A DNA stretch of 64,000 nt from Isurus oxyrinchus (lineage: Eukaryota): the NCBI GenBank assembly GCA_026770705.1, contig JANJGN010000052.1:3844001-3908000 (forward strand), written 5' to 3'. Position numbers and translations under genes: made by a program. Each line of letters opens with the position of its first letter. The stretch's first letter is position 1. The notes under the pieces are model-generated. The model saw only the letters and a list, made by a program, of their open reading frames with translations, searched no databases and had not been told where the DNA came from. Below, piece after piece: positions 36,456-48,800 of this stretch.

Positions 36456-37949
36456 TTCTCCGCCGATGCTGCCAGACCTGCTGAGTTTTTCCAGCTATTT
36501 CTGTTTCTGTTTCTGTTTTGGATTTCCAGCATCTGCAGTTTTTTTGCTTTTAGTGCTGGGCAGTTCCTCAGCAAGGATTCGGGCCACAAAACATTGCGAG
36601 TGCTGTGGGTCTGCGCCACGATTTAGAGAGCTGTGCTTGGCATGCCTATTCTAGTCCCAGTCCAGTGTGGTGGGGAGAGCCTGGCAGTCCTGGGTTGGTC
36701 GTGCCCAGCATGGTGTGCAGGACGTGGTCAGTCCCTCACACACGTCCATCCTGGGGGTGGGTGGCTTGATACTAGGCCGCAGGTGGCACAATCCCAGTCA
36801 GGGGAGGCATCTGCAGCCTGTCAGTGGGGAGCAGGTAATATAGAGGGTAGGGGTGGGGGTGGGAATCGAGGGGGGCCGGTGGTCTCTGTAAGTCACAGTA
36901 CAATGGGCCTCTAGTTGGAGAGAGGTCAGGTCTACATGGGGCATTGGGATGTCAACATCAGACTGTCTAGGGAGGAGGACTGGGATGTCAACCCCGAATA
37001 AGATCAAGGATTAGAGAGGAAGGGAGGAGACTGATTGGAAGGAGGGGAATGTGCACATTATGCTCCTCCAGCACGATGGGAGGGACTGTGATGGTTACGG
37101 GGGTGGGGGGGGGGTGACGTGTGAGGGGATAGAAGCTTACCTGGTGGTATTGCCTCAGCCTCACCCTTTTTCAAGCTGATCCAATGTCGCAGTTGAAGAA
37201 TAAGCTACAAAACAAATTGGCAGGGGAGGTCTCCCAGGGCCTGTGGGAGACATCACCCACTGCATCTTCGGCCTGTTTGAAGGGGCACCCGAACAATTCC
37301 GGCTTTTCCAAATGATGAGGAAGACACAGCTGCACCCCGAGTCCCCTACTGGGGATCCAGAAGGTTGCAATAGCGCTGCGAGGGACTCATGGGCTCCACA
37401 GTGACTCCCTAATTAGCGACTGGAAGGTTTATGTTCATTTATCTTTATTATCCGTTCATATTGAGCAATGGAGCTCCTGATTTGTCACCTTTCTGTACCT
37501 CGTCCAATGCTTCTGTTATCAGGACTTCCACATCGATGTGAAAGAGCCATGATGATAGCAGACAGTCGCACAATGGGAATAGCACTAGGCCAGTGATCCA
37601 GAGGCCCAGGTGAATGCTTTGAAGGCACGGGTTCAAATCCCACCACGGCAGCTGGAGGAATTTCAATTCGATTAATCAATAAATTTAATTGATTGATACA
37701 TTTTTTTCTTATTCATTTCAGGGATGTTGGTGTCGCTGACTAGGCCAGTATTTGTTGCCCATCCCCAATTGCCTTTGAGAACATCTGGATATCTGAGTTA
37801 GGATCAGGAGTAGGTCACTCAGTCCCTCGAACCTGCTCCGCCATTCAGTAAGATCATGGCTGATCTGATTGTCACCTCAACCTCACATTCCTGCCTAACC
37901 CCAATGACCTTTCACCCCCTTGTTAATCAAGAATCTATCTAGCTCTGTG

Positions 37950-39900
37950 GAAGGGGAGCCAATCAATCGGGCTGCTTTGTCCTGGATGGTGTCGAGTTTC
38001 TTGAGTGTTGTTGGAGCTGCACTCATCCAGGCATGTGGAGAGTATTCCATCACACTCCTGACTTGTGCGTTGTAGATGGTGGACAGGCTTTGGGGAGTCA
38101 GGAGGTGAGTTACTGTCTGCAGGGTTCCCAGCCTCTGACCTGCTCTTGCAGCCACAGTGTTTATATGGCTGGTCCAGTTCAGTTTCTGCTCAATGGTAAC
38201 TCCCAGGATGTTGATATTGGGGGATTCATTGATGGTAATGCCATTGAATGTCAAGGGGCTATGGTTATGAATGGTCTGTGGAATACTCTGGTACAAAATT
38301 TCAACACTCGGACTCCAGATGCAATATTCAAGTGGTTCCTTTATTAGGCATGTGGGGAGCAAACGCTGGGCAGTCCAGGTGCTTCTCCATCGAGGTTCAA
38401 ATGAGCACAGTTTATATATTTTTACTCTCAGTTACAAGGTAATGGTATTAGTTAGACAAAGGCCACAGCACAATGACCCTCCGGTGGGCTGATAATTGTG
38501 TTCTTGTACAGTAATTACAGGGCAGAGACTGGCTATTGTCCTTTTGAGACAGCAAAGAATCTATGTTTGTTCGATACAAAAGGTTTCTGGGGGCTGACTG
38601 GATGTGGTTCAAGGCCATCGGACGGTGTGAAATAACCTTCCCCATTTCTTGATTAAGTCACCCAGTGTCCTTGTGTGTGTGTCTCCCATTTCCTCATTGC
38701 AAATTTCCAACTGAGCCCTTAGTACAGGTTTTTAAGTTTTCACGTAAGGATGTGTACGCTTTGGCGCCCTAGCTGCTGGTCCTGGCTGGCTCTTGAACAT
38801 AAATCCAAATTTTCTGCACCTTCAATTAGATTCTCTCTTGTTGGAGCTGGTCATTGCCTGGTACTTGTGTGGCATGAATGTTACTTGTCACCTGTCAGCC
38901 CAAGCCTGGATGTTGTCCAGGTCTTGCTGCATTTGGACATAACTTGCTTCAGTATCTGAGGAGCTGTGAATGGTGCTGAACATTGTGCAAATATCAGCAA
39001 ACATCCCCACTTCTGACCTTATGATGGAAGGAAGGTCATTGATGAAGCAGTTGAAGATGTTTGAGCCTAGGACACTACCCTGAGTAACTCCTGCAGTGAT
39101 GTCCTGGAACTGAGATGATTGACCCCCAATAATCACAACCATTTTCCTTTGTGCTGGGTATGACTCCAAGCAGCGGAGAGTTTTCCCCCGATTCCCATTG
39201 ACTCCAGTTTTGCTCGGGCTCCTTGATTTGCCACACTCAGTCAAATGCTGCCTTGATGTCAAGGGCAGTCCCTCTCACCTCTGGAGTTCAGCTCATTTGT
39301 GCATGTTTGAACCAAGGCTGTAATGAGGCCAGGAGCTGAATGATCCTGGTGGAACACAAACTGAGCGTCAGTGAGCAGGTTCTTGCTAAGCAGGTGCTGC
39401 TTGCAAGCGCTGTTGATGACCCCTTCCATCACTTTAGTAATGATCAAGAATAGACTGCTGGGGAATTAGCTGGGTTGGATTTGTCCTGCTTTTTGTGTAC
39501 AGAACGTACCCCATAGCCGGGTAGTTGCCAGTGTTGCAGCTGTACTAGAAAATTCCAGAAAAGCTTGGCTAGGGGCGCAGCAAGTTCTGGAGCACAAGTC
39601 TTCAGTACTATTGCCAGAATATTGTCAGGGCCTGGAGCCTTTGCAATATCCAGTGCCTTCAGCCCTTTCTTGATGTCACGTGGAATTAATCGAATTGGCT
39701 AAAGATTGGCATCTCTGATGCTGGGGACCTCAGGAGGAGGCCGAGATGGATCAGCCACTCAGCACTTCTGGCTGAAGATTGTTGCGCATGCTTCAGTCTT
39801 GTCTTTTGCACCGATGTGCTGGGCTCCTCCATCATTGAGGATGGGGATATTTGTGGAGACTCCTCCTCCAGTGAGTTGTTTAATTGTCCACGACTGGATG
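37950..39900 (-). mobile_element. HER1-like LINE ORF2 (RT) fragment, interrupted at ~38280-38835
   Basis: GVTQGSVLG..IFNCFINDLP...MFAD (RT core); NILGVTIEQKLNWTSHIN...VRSVMEYSP. Confidence 0.85.
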
Positions 39901-41769
39901 TGACATCTGGAATGCGAAGCTAGTCTCAGTAATGGTGACCATGAAACTAAGGCCAATTGTTGCAAAAACCCATCTGGGTCACTAATGCCCTTTGGGGAAG
40001 GAAACCTGCCGTCCTTACCCATTCTGGCCTACGCGTGACTCCTGACCCACAGCAATGTGGTTGAATATTAACTGGCCCCTGAAATGGCCGAGCAAGCCAC
40101 TGAGTTATATCAAAACCCACCACAGACCAGTCAAACCAGGTGAACTGCAGCACTTCGAAAAGGCAGCTCAGCACCCCCTTCTCAAGGGCTCAGTCTGGAA
40201 CAGGTAACAAACGCTGTCCACATCCCGTGAAAGAATTTTGGTAAAAAGGTAGCCGTGTATCACCACCCACGGCCAGCGCCAACCCCCCCACCCCTACCTG
40301 ATTGCACCAGTTTCAGATTACACCAGGTCAATGAACGGATAGAAACCCAAACCAATGAGATGAGCACAGAGAAGGATCAAGCCAGAGAGAGTTGGTGGGA
40401 AGAATTGGGAAAGCAACAAAAAAGGCAGAGCGGACACTAACACTATAACAAAGTAAAGACCAGAGGAGGAAGGAAGCAAGTGCGAAGAGGAATTGAGAGC
40501 AGAGCTGGTCGGCTGCTTGTCGAAGCCAAGGAACCTCCATAGGGCACATCCACAGTGCTTTTGGGGAGGGAGTTACATGATTTTGACCCAGGATCATCAA
40601 GTTTTGCACTGGCAGAGCCTTTAAAGAAAAGGGACCTTCACTACCCGTGTCCCCCGCCCTACAAAGCTGTTGACATGCCGAGTCCACCTGTACAGGCAAC
40701 CTCCAGACAGTTGACTACAAAGGCCATTGCAGCTGCTGAATATGACTTCCAGTTTCAAAACCTTCATGAATACAAGGATGGGGGATTCAGCAGGAATATT
40801 CCTGCACATCCTGTGGCAGATCCTGTAAATAAAAGGGACCTTCACTCACTCCTCAAAGCTGCTGACCTGCTGATTCACATCTACAGGCAACCTCCAAACA
40901 GTCGACTAGAGAAGACAATGCAGCTGCTGAATGTGACTCCTAGTTTCAAACCCTTCACTCTGGAAAGAAGGAATCCAGAGCAATGGGCCTCACTATGATA
41001 CTTGACAGAAACTGATTTTAACTCTCATCTCTAAGTATTATTTTTCCTTTGCTTACATTTTAATCCCTGCACCTGATGGCTTTATTGCTTCAAATTAAAT
41101 AACTTTCAGCAGGAGCCAGGTTCAAATTGAATGGACAAGCAGGCTTGGGAGGCCAAAAGGCCTACTCCTGCTTCTGTTTATTTATGTTTGTGTTGTTATG
41201 TAGTGGAACTAGAGAGGTTATAGCAGTTATGAGAGCATTAAGCAAACAGCAGCAAGAATTGAACACCTACGTTGTGGTTTATGAAAAGGTTTTCAACCTG
41301 GTCAACTGGTAAAATCTGTTGAAAGTGGGCTATCATGGCGTGTGCCCTTTGTGAGATATTTGTAACAACGTTCTCGATGTCGGAACAGCTTGCATTGAAC
41401 AAAGCTGATCTTTACCCCGAACTTCAGAGGAAGGGGGGACAATTGTTCCCTGGTGTGGGGGGCATGGTGGGGGGGGAGGGTGAGGGGGAGACAAGTAGCC
41501 TGAAATACCAAGCCAGACTCTTTGTGAAGACAAAAGTTCTTTATTCATTTTTTTTTTACAAATCATAATCTTTACAATTAAAGTCCCGACAAGATAATGG
41601 TGAATCATGAACACATTGTCGGGGTGAATCTGTGCCCGGGAGCATAAAGCAGCAAAATCAGGAGCCCGCTTTACATCTCTCTGAATTTTAACTATCATTA
41701 ACCCCAGTAACATCCATTCAAATGACTTAGTCATAAGATTCCTCACACATTCACTTGCACACTCACACA

Positions 41770-42295
41770 CCCACACCCACACAGACACACTGACACACTC
41801 ACTCATTCACATTGACACACACTGACACAGTCACACACACCCACACAGACACACTGACACACTCACTCATTCACATTGACACACACTGACAGTCACACAC
41901 ACCCACACAGACACACTGACACACTCACTCATTCACATTGACACACACTGACACAGTCACACACACCCACACAGACACACTGACACACTCACTCATTCAC
42001 ATTGACACACACTGACAGTCACACACACCCACACAGACACACTGACACACTCACTCATTCACATTGACACACACTGACACAGTCACACACACCCACACAG
42101 ACACACTGACACACTCACTCATTCACTTTGACATACACTGACAGTCACACACACCCACACAGACACACTGACACACTCACTCATTCACATTGACACACAC
42201 TGACACAGTCACACACACCTACACAGACACACTGACACACTCACTCATTCACATTGACACACACATATTGACAGTCACACACATACACACACACA
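41770..42295. repeat. ~60-bp CA-rich minisatellite
   Basis: Repeated 'cacactcactcattcacattgacacacactgacacagtcacacacacccacacagacacactga'. Confidence 0.85.
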
Positions 42296-42629
42296 CACGC
42301 TCATAAAGACAGACACAAACACAGTCACGTGAGGTGAATAGTGTCGATGTATTTAAGGGGAAGCTGGATAAACACACGAGGGAGAAATGAATAGAAGGAT
42401 ATGGTGATGGGGTGAGATGGAGAAGGGGTGGGCGGAGACTCGTGTGGAGCAGAAACACCAGCATGGAGCAGATGGGCCAAATGGCTTCTTTCCCTGCTGT
42501 AAAACGCAGGTAAAGTTTCAGTTGGAATTAATGAACAGGGCCTGTGTTAAATAGATTGCTAAGCAGTAGATAAGGAGGGGAGAGGCTGTGGCATGGTGCA
42601 GGATGACCTTGCGTGAATGAGGACAGGGT

Positions 42630-42746
42630 CTAATATCTACAGCAGATACCACAAGTCTCATTTGGTTCTCTCCAATTACAGCAGTTACAGCAGAATCTGC
42701 AGTGCCGCTGTCTGCCCATTCTCTTCTGGCACAGCAGTAAGGAGCC
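42630..42746 (-). CDS. hamp: Hepcidin-like exon 3
   Basis: ttttccag|GGC...; GSLLLCQKRMGRQRHCRFCCNCCNWREPNETCGICCRY*. Confidence 0.9.
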   Translation of the reverse strand, partial: GSLLLCQKRMGRQRHCRFCCNCCNWREPNETCGICCRY

Positions 42747-45700
42747 CTGGAAAAGCAGGAGCACAATAGGTGAGAACATTCCGGAAAGAAAGAAGGCACC
42801 GCCTCCCTTTGACTCTGGCATCATTTCAATCAGGCGCGTCATTGGAAGGAGGATGGCGCATTTCTCTAGCACCTTTCCCCTCCTCAGGATGGCCCAAAAT
42901 GTTCAACAGCTGATGGAAGGACTTTTTCTGAAGTGAGCTCACCGCTGTAATGTAGGAAACGCAGCAGGCAATTCACGCACAGCAAGATCCCACAAACAGA
43001 AATGTGATAATGGCCCCGATTTTCAGTTTTTTACCAATGTCAGTTGAGGGATAAATGTTTGCCCCAGGAAAGCGGACATAACTCCACCCCATCCAGCCCC
43101 CACCACCCCCTCCACACATACCCCCCAACTCCTGACGCACTTCATCTAAATTGTGGCCATGGAATCCTCTATATCCACCTGAGAGGGCAGATTGGTTGCC
43201 CCAGTTTAATGTCTCATCTGAAAGACAGCGCCTTCAACAGTGCAGCACCCCCTCAGTACTGACCCTCCGACTGTGCAGCACTCCCTCAGTAAGGACTCTG
43301 ACAATGCAGCACATCCTCAGTACTGACCCTCCAACAGTGCAGCACTCCCTCAAGACTGACCCTCTGACAATGCAACACTCCCTCAGTACTAACCCTCCGA
43401 CTGTGCATCCCCCCGCCGGTACTGACCCTTCGACAGTGCAACACTCCCTCAAGACTGACCCTCTGACAATGCAGCACTCCCTCAGTACTGACCCTCTGAC
43501 AATGCAGCACTCCCTCAGTACTGACCCTCTGACAATGCAGCACTCCCTCAGTACTGACCCTCTGACAATGCAGCACTCCCTCAGTACTGACCCTCTGACA
43601 ATGCAGCACACCCTCAATACTGACCCTCCGATAGCTCGGTCATTCCTCAATTACGCCTGGTGGTCCTTTTAATTCAGAGCTGAGAGTCCCAGAGAATCGA
43701 GCAGACACCCTGAACTGACTCTTGCAGTGCAAGTACTGGGAGCGCGCTGGTCATTATCATGCTGCTGTCTGTGGGATCTTACTGTGCGCCAATGGCTGAT
43801 TCTTTTCCCACATTACATCAGTGACCTCACATGAAAGAAAAAAGCACTTGATTGTCTGCGAAACACTTTGGGACGTCCTGATGTGTTGGAAGGCGCTAGA
43901 GAAATGCAAGTCCTCTTTGTCTTTCACTCGATCCTCTAAGGTGTCTGTTGATTAACCAGCCTCTCGGTGTTTGATGTAGGCCTGGTTATAAACAGGTAGA
44001 AGGATCAAATATCAAAAGTGCTTTGGCTGACAGTCAAACCGATTGTGCATTCGGAGAGATTAGATACGGTCTGCACACAATGACTCCAGTCTCTGGCACT
44101 GACTGCTGCCTGGGGACTCCCTTCCACATAACACTCACAACTTGCATTTACACAGCGCCTCTGACATTGCAAAATGTCCCAGCCCACATAACCGGAGCGT
44201 AAATCAGAGAGAAGTCTAACACTGAGTCACATATGGAGATATTAGGGATAGGTGACCAAAAGCTTGGTCAAAGATGTCAGTTTTTAAGGAACGTCTTAAA
44301 GGAGAGAGAGAGAGAGAGAGGCAGAGAGGTTAAGGGAGGGTATTCCGGAGCTCAGGGCCCCAGGAAGCTGAAGGCACGGCCTCCAATGGTGGAGCGATGG
44401 GAATCAGGGGGACCCGGGAGATGCAGTAATGTCAGAGATTTTGGAGGAACATCGGGACCGGAGGAGGTGTTCTCCTGCTCCATATCTCTCTCTCTCTTCC
44501 TCTCATCCACTCCTCCTCTCCCTGTCTCTCTCTCTCCTACTCTTCCGCTCAATTGCCCTCTCTCCCAATCTTTCTCTCCTCTCTCCCTTTTCCTGTCTCT
44601 CTCCCTCTCTCTCCCTGTCTCCTTCTCCCACTCTGTATCTCTCCCTCTCTCTCACACTATTTTTGTACCTTTCGCTCACTCTGTAACTCTCCCTTTCCTG
44701 TTAATTTCTCTCTCTTGGACAATCTCTCTTCCCTTTTCACTTTCCCTCACTCTGCATCTCTTCTTTAATTTCTCCCTCTGTCACTCTCTCCCACCTATGT
44801 TCTTTCCCTTTCACCCCTCCCCGTCCCACTCTCTGTCTCTCTCTTCCAATCCCTCCCTCCCCCATTCCATCCCTCTCTCCGACTCTCGACTCCCAGCCTC
44901 TCTTTAACCCACTCCCAGGCTGGATCAGTCTCCCTCTCACTATTCCCGGCGTGGGTTACATTTAAAATTCCTGTGGGGATATGTTCACTTCCTTGGAATT
45001 GTCTCTTCCCAGCTTTGCAAAAAAAGGAGGGGGGGGGGGGCTCGATTTCAAACATGCCTCCTGAGTATAACCGAGACAGACTGCCACTGAAATCAGCTTG
45101 AAATCAGAAAACTTTCTGTGGAAGAAACGAGCAGGGAGAAACCTTAAAATAAGGAATGAATTTCCACCTACCGTGTCCGGGGAATCCACAGATTTCTCAA
45201 TCGTCGAAGAACCTAAAGCAGTGTCAACCTGCAAAAAGAAAGAATTTATCAGGGAGAAAGTGAGAGGAGGATTGAGGGAGAGGGAGAGAGAGAGAGAGAG
45301 GTACAGGAGAGAGAGGGGGAGGAGGACAGACTTGCATTTCTCTAACGCCTTTCACCACATCCCAAAGCATTTCACAGCCACTGAAGGATGTTTTTGAAGT
45401 GCACTCACACTGTAGGAAATGTGGCAGCTGATTTGTGCACAGCAAGATCCCACAAATAGCAATGTGATCATGGCCTAGATCATCTGTTTTTGGTGATGTT
45501 GGGTGAGGGATAAATATTGGTGCCAGGACACCGGGGAGAACACCCCCTGCTCTTCCTCCAAATAGTGGCTGTGGGATCTTTCACACCCGCCCGAGAGGGC
45601 AGACGGGGGACTCGGTTTAATGTCTCATTCAACATTGTTGTGCTCCCTCAGTACTAACCCTTTGACACTGCAGCACTCCCTTAGTATTAACCCTTCGATA

Positions 45701-47507
45701 GTGCTGCGCTCCCTCAGTACTGTCCCTCCGTCAGTGCAGCGCTCCCTCAGTACTGACCCTCCGACAGTGCAACACTTCCACAGTACTGACCTCCGACAGT
45801 ATAGCGCTCCCTCAGTACTGACCCTCCGTCAGTGCAGCTCTATTTCATTACTAACCCTTCGACACAGCAGCACTCCCTCAGTACTGACCTCCGACAGTAT
45901 AGCACTCCCTCAGTACTGTCCCTCCAATAGTGCAACACTTCCACACTACTGACCCTCTGAGAGTGCAGCACTCCCTCAGCACGGAGCATTGATCTACATT
46001 ATGGGACTGAATTCCCTGGAGTGAGACTCAGACCAGTGATTTAGGTAGGGGTGTGGGGGCTGGAGGAGGTTACAGAGATAGGGAGGGCTGTAGAGGCTGT
46101 AGGAGGTTACAGAGAAAGGGAGGGTTGTAAGGGCTGTAGGAAGTTACAGAGATAGGGAGGGTTGTAGAGGCTGTAGGAGGTTACAGAAATAGGGAGGTGA
46201 GTAGGGGCTGGAGGAGGTTACAGAAATAGGGAGGCTGTAGAGGCTGTAGGAGGTTACAGAGATAGGGAGGGTTGTAAGGGCTGTAGGAAGTTACAGAGAT
46301 AGGGGGGTTGTAGAGGCTGTAGGAGGTTACAAAGATGGGGGAGTTGTGGGGGCTGGAGGAGGTTACAGAGGTAGGGAGGTGTGTAGGGGCTGTAGGAGGT
46401 TACAGAGATGGGGTGGTTGTGGGGGCTGGAGGAGGTTACAGATGTAGGGAGGGTTGTAGAGGCTGGAGGAGGTTACCAAAATAGACACTGCTGTAGGGGC
46501 CACAGTATGTTACAGAGATAGGGAGAGTTATAGTGTGGAGAGGAGGTTATAGAGTTCAGGAGGATTGTAGGGGCTGGAGGAGGTTACAGTGATTGTGAGG
46601 GTTGTGGGGCCTGGAGGATTTTACAGAGATAGGGAGGGTTGTAGGGTCTGAAGCAGGTTACAGAGATAGGGAGGGTTGTAGGGTCTGGAGCAGGTTACAG
46701 AGATAGGGAGGGTTGTAGGGTCTGGAGCAGGTTACAGAGATAGGGAGGGTTGTAGGGTCTGGAGCAGGTTACAGTGATCGTGAGGGTTGTGGGGCCTGGG
46801 GGAGGTTACAGAGATAGGGAGTGCTGTGGGGACTGTAGGAGGTTACATAGATAGGGAGGGTTGTCGGGTCTGGAGGAGGTAACAGAGATAGGGAGGGTTA
46901 TAGGGACTGGAGGAGGTTACAGAGATAGGGAGGGTTGTCGAGACTGTAGGATGTTACAGAGATAGGGATTGTTGTAGGGGCTGGAGGAAGTTACAGAGAT
47001 AGGGAGGGTTGTAGGGGCTGGAGGAGGTTACAGAGATAGGGAGGGGTGTAGGGGCTGGAGGAGGTTACAGAGATAGGGAGGGTTGTACGGGCTGGAGGAG
47101 GTTACAGAGATAGGGAGGGTTGTAGGGGCTGGAGGAAGTTACAGAGATAGGGAGGGTTGTAAGGCCTGGTGGAGGTTACAGAGATAGGGAGGGTTGTACG
47201 GGCTGGAGGAGGTTACAGAGATAGGGAGTCGCTGAGGAGGGATTGAAAACAAGAATGAGAATTTCAGGGGAAATGACAGAAGGAAATGATGTTAAATTCA
47301 TAGAGGGCGACAATATTAAAGGCATGAACATAATAATATCAAACTGCGGAAGAGACCAGTCTATCTGGGTGGTAGACGTAGAGTCATGTGCAAGAAGCAC
47401 CTCACCCAGAGGGACATCTCTTAGCTTAACCTCGACAAGGAGAAGAAGTGACTCAGCTGCAGGGAGAGCAGCAAAGTCAGAGTGAACAAGACAAGTCGCC
47501 ATTTCAT
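42630..47507 (-). CDS. hamp: Hepcidin-like gene (3 exons: 47507-~47431 signal peptide, 45228-45172 pro-region, 42746-42630 pro-end plus mature peptide); possibly a pseudogene as assembled
   Basis: Exon 3 encodes CRFCCNCC...CGICCRY*, the 8-Cys hepcidin pattern at the C-terminus after QKR. Exon 2 is 57 nt, phase 0-0. Exon 1 MKWRLVLFTLTLLLSLQLSHFFS is a signal peptide. The exon-1 donor is 1 nt out of phase. Confidence 0.82.
43235..43635 (+). repeat. 33-bp minisatellite continuing from a SINE body
   Basis: Tandem units. Confidence 0.85.
44483..44905. repeat. CT-rich low-complexity tract
   Basis: Direct inspection. Confidence 0.8.
45172..45228 (-). CDS. hamp: Hepcidin-like exon 2 (pro-segment)
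   Basis: ttctttttgcag|GTT...ACG|gtaggt; the only open frame is VDTALGSSTIEKSVDSPDT; acidic/Ser-rich, size and phase as in hepcidin exon 2. Confidence 0.7.
45640..45985 (+). repeat. 33-bp minisatellite continuing from a SINE body
   Basis: Tandem units. Confidence 0.8.
46045..47230 (+). repeat. 37-bp G-rich minisatellite (gggagggttgtaggggctggaggaggttacagagata); reverse array at 49880-50460
   Basis: Tandem units. Confidence 0.9.
47431..47507 (-). CDS. hamp: Hepcidin-like exon 1 (signal peptide)
   Basis: ATG at 47507; basic n-region plus Leu-rich h-region; TATA-like box ~90 nt upstream. Confidence 0.7.
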
Positions 47508-47591
47508 CTGGGAGCTTCCCATCTCTGCCTGTCTCTTCTGATCTTCTGGCTCTGCTTTGATGCTTTGGTTTGTAACTACAGGAGCTTCCTG

Positions 47592-47806
47592 CTCTTATAC
47601 CTGAAACACTTGAAGGGGACAGCCGCGGGTGGGTAGCTGTGTGGTATCACACCCATTTCTGGATATTGCAGTGTCGATGTTCCCTGTCCCACTGGCCTGG
47701 GACCAGCAGTAAGGTCACTGGGACATTGACTGTCTGGCGCCGAGAACTATCAGTCCCTCCGCAACGCCCTTCACCTTGTGCAAATATGTGTTCATATTGA
47801 TGCAAC
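47592..47806 (-). promoter_or_regulatory. Hepcidin-like promoter: TATAAG (47599-47594), GTCT+GGCGCC BMP/SMAD element (47732-47741), C/EBP-like TTGTGCAA (47776-47783), TGATGCAA (47798-47805)
   Basis: Motif matches; BMP-RE GGCGCC and C/EBP sites are known HAMP promoter elements. Confidence 0.5.
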
Positions 47807-48194
47807 ACAACATAGCAAAAAGATAGGGGCTGGTTCTTATGTCGGCAAATCAGGTGAAGCGCACGCCCCCTAACCCCTTACTCCTCTCATTGCTCCTCCT
47901 TCCTGCCAGACACTTACTATTTTACAAATTGTGTGCGTTGCTTTTATTTCGGACAAGGGGCCTCGAGGGGGAACTGATTTACGCTGAGGTTTAGGGGTTA
48001 ACAGCCATGTCATGTGTTGATCGGTCAGTGTTTACCATGTGGAGACTGTCTATCACCAGCTTTGTTCATGGTTTATCCAGGAACATTGAAGGGCATGAAC
48101 GTTCTTGCTTTGTATGGAACAAGTTACCAACTGGGTTCAGTCATCGACTCAGACTCACATCAACATAAACTGGCTTCTGACAGGTAAGTTTCTA

Positions 48195-48800
48195 TTACAT
48201 AAGGGTAGGAGGAGGCCATTTGGCCCCTCGAGCCTGCTCCACCATTCAAAGAGTTCATGGCTGATCTGCAAACTAGCCCCATATGCCTTTGTCCCATCTC
48301 CTTTAATACCTTTGGATAACAAAAATCTAACAGTCTCACAGGTTTAAAATGAACAACTTGATCGTGCATCAGTTCCTGTTTGGGGAAGAGAGTTCCAAAT
48401 TTCTCCCACCCTTTGTACTTCCTAATTTAATTCCTTTTTAGGCTCTGACCCCGAGTCCCAGACTCCCCCCAACCAGGGGAAATGGTTTCTCTTTATTGCC
48501 CCCGATCTGTTCCCCTTAATATCATGCGAACTTTCATCAAATCTCCTGCTTAACATTCTAACTTCCAGGGAATACAAGCCGAGTTTGTGTTTAATCTCTC
48601 CTTGTGATTTAACCCTTGGAGTCCCGGTCTCATTCTGGTAAACTGACACTGCTCTCCCTCCGAGGTCAATATATCCTTCCTAAGGTGTGGGGCCCAGAAT
48701 GTCTCACAGTGACTCCAGGTGTGGTCTAGCCAGGGCTTTATGTAGACTGAAGCATGACCTCTGCCCCCTTATATTCTAATCCGTGAGATAGAAAGGGCAG
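48195..48800 (-). mobile_element. CR1-like LINE fragment (degenerate)
   Basis: GLEYKGAEVMLQ / KLGLYSLEVR remnants plus a CR1-type 3' UTR. Confidence 0.65.

Noticed and set aside
40555-40998. 147-aa ORF
   Set aside because: Sits on a ~215-bp internal duplication in LTR-like sequence; no recognisable domain or splice context.
44233-44907. 224-aa and similar Ser/Leu-rich or His/Thr-rich ORFs
   Set aside because: Derived from CT and CA microsatellite or low-complexity tracts and N gaps.
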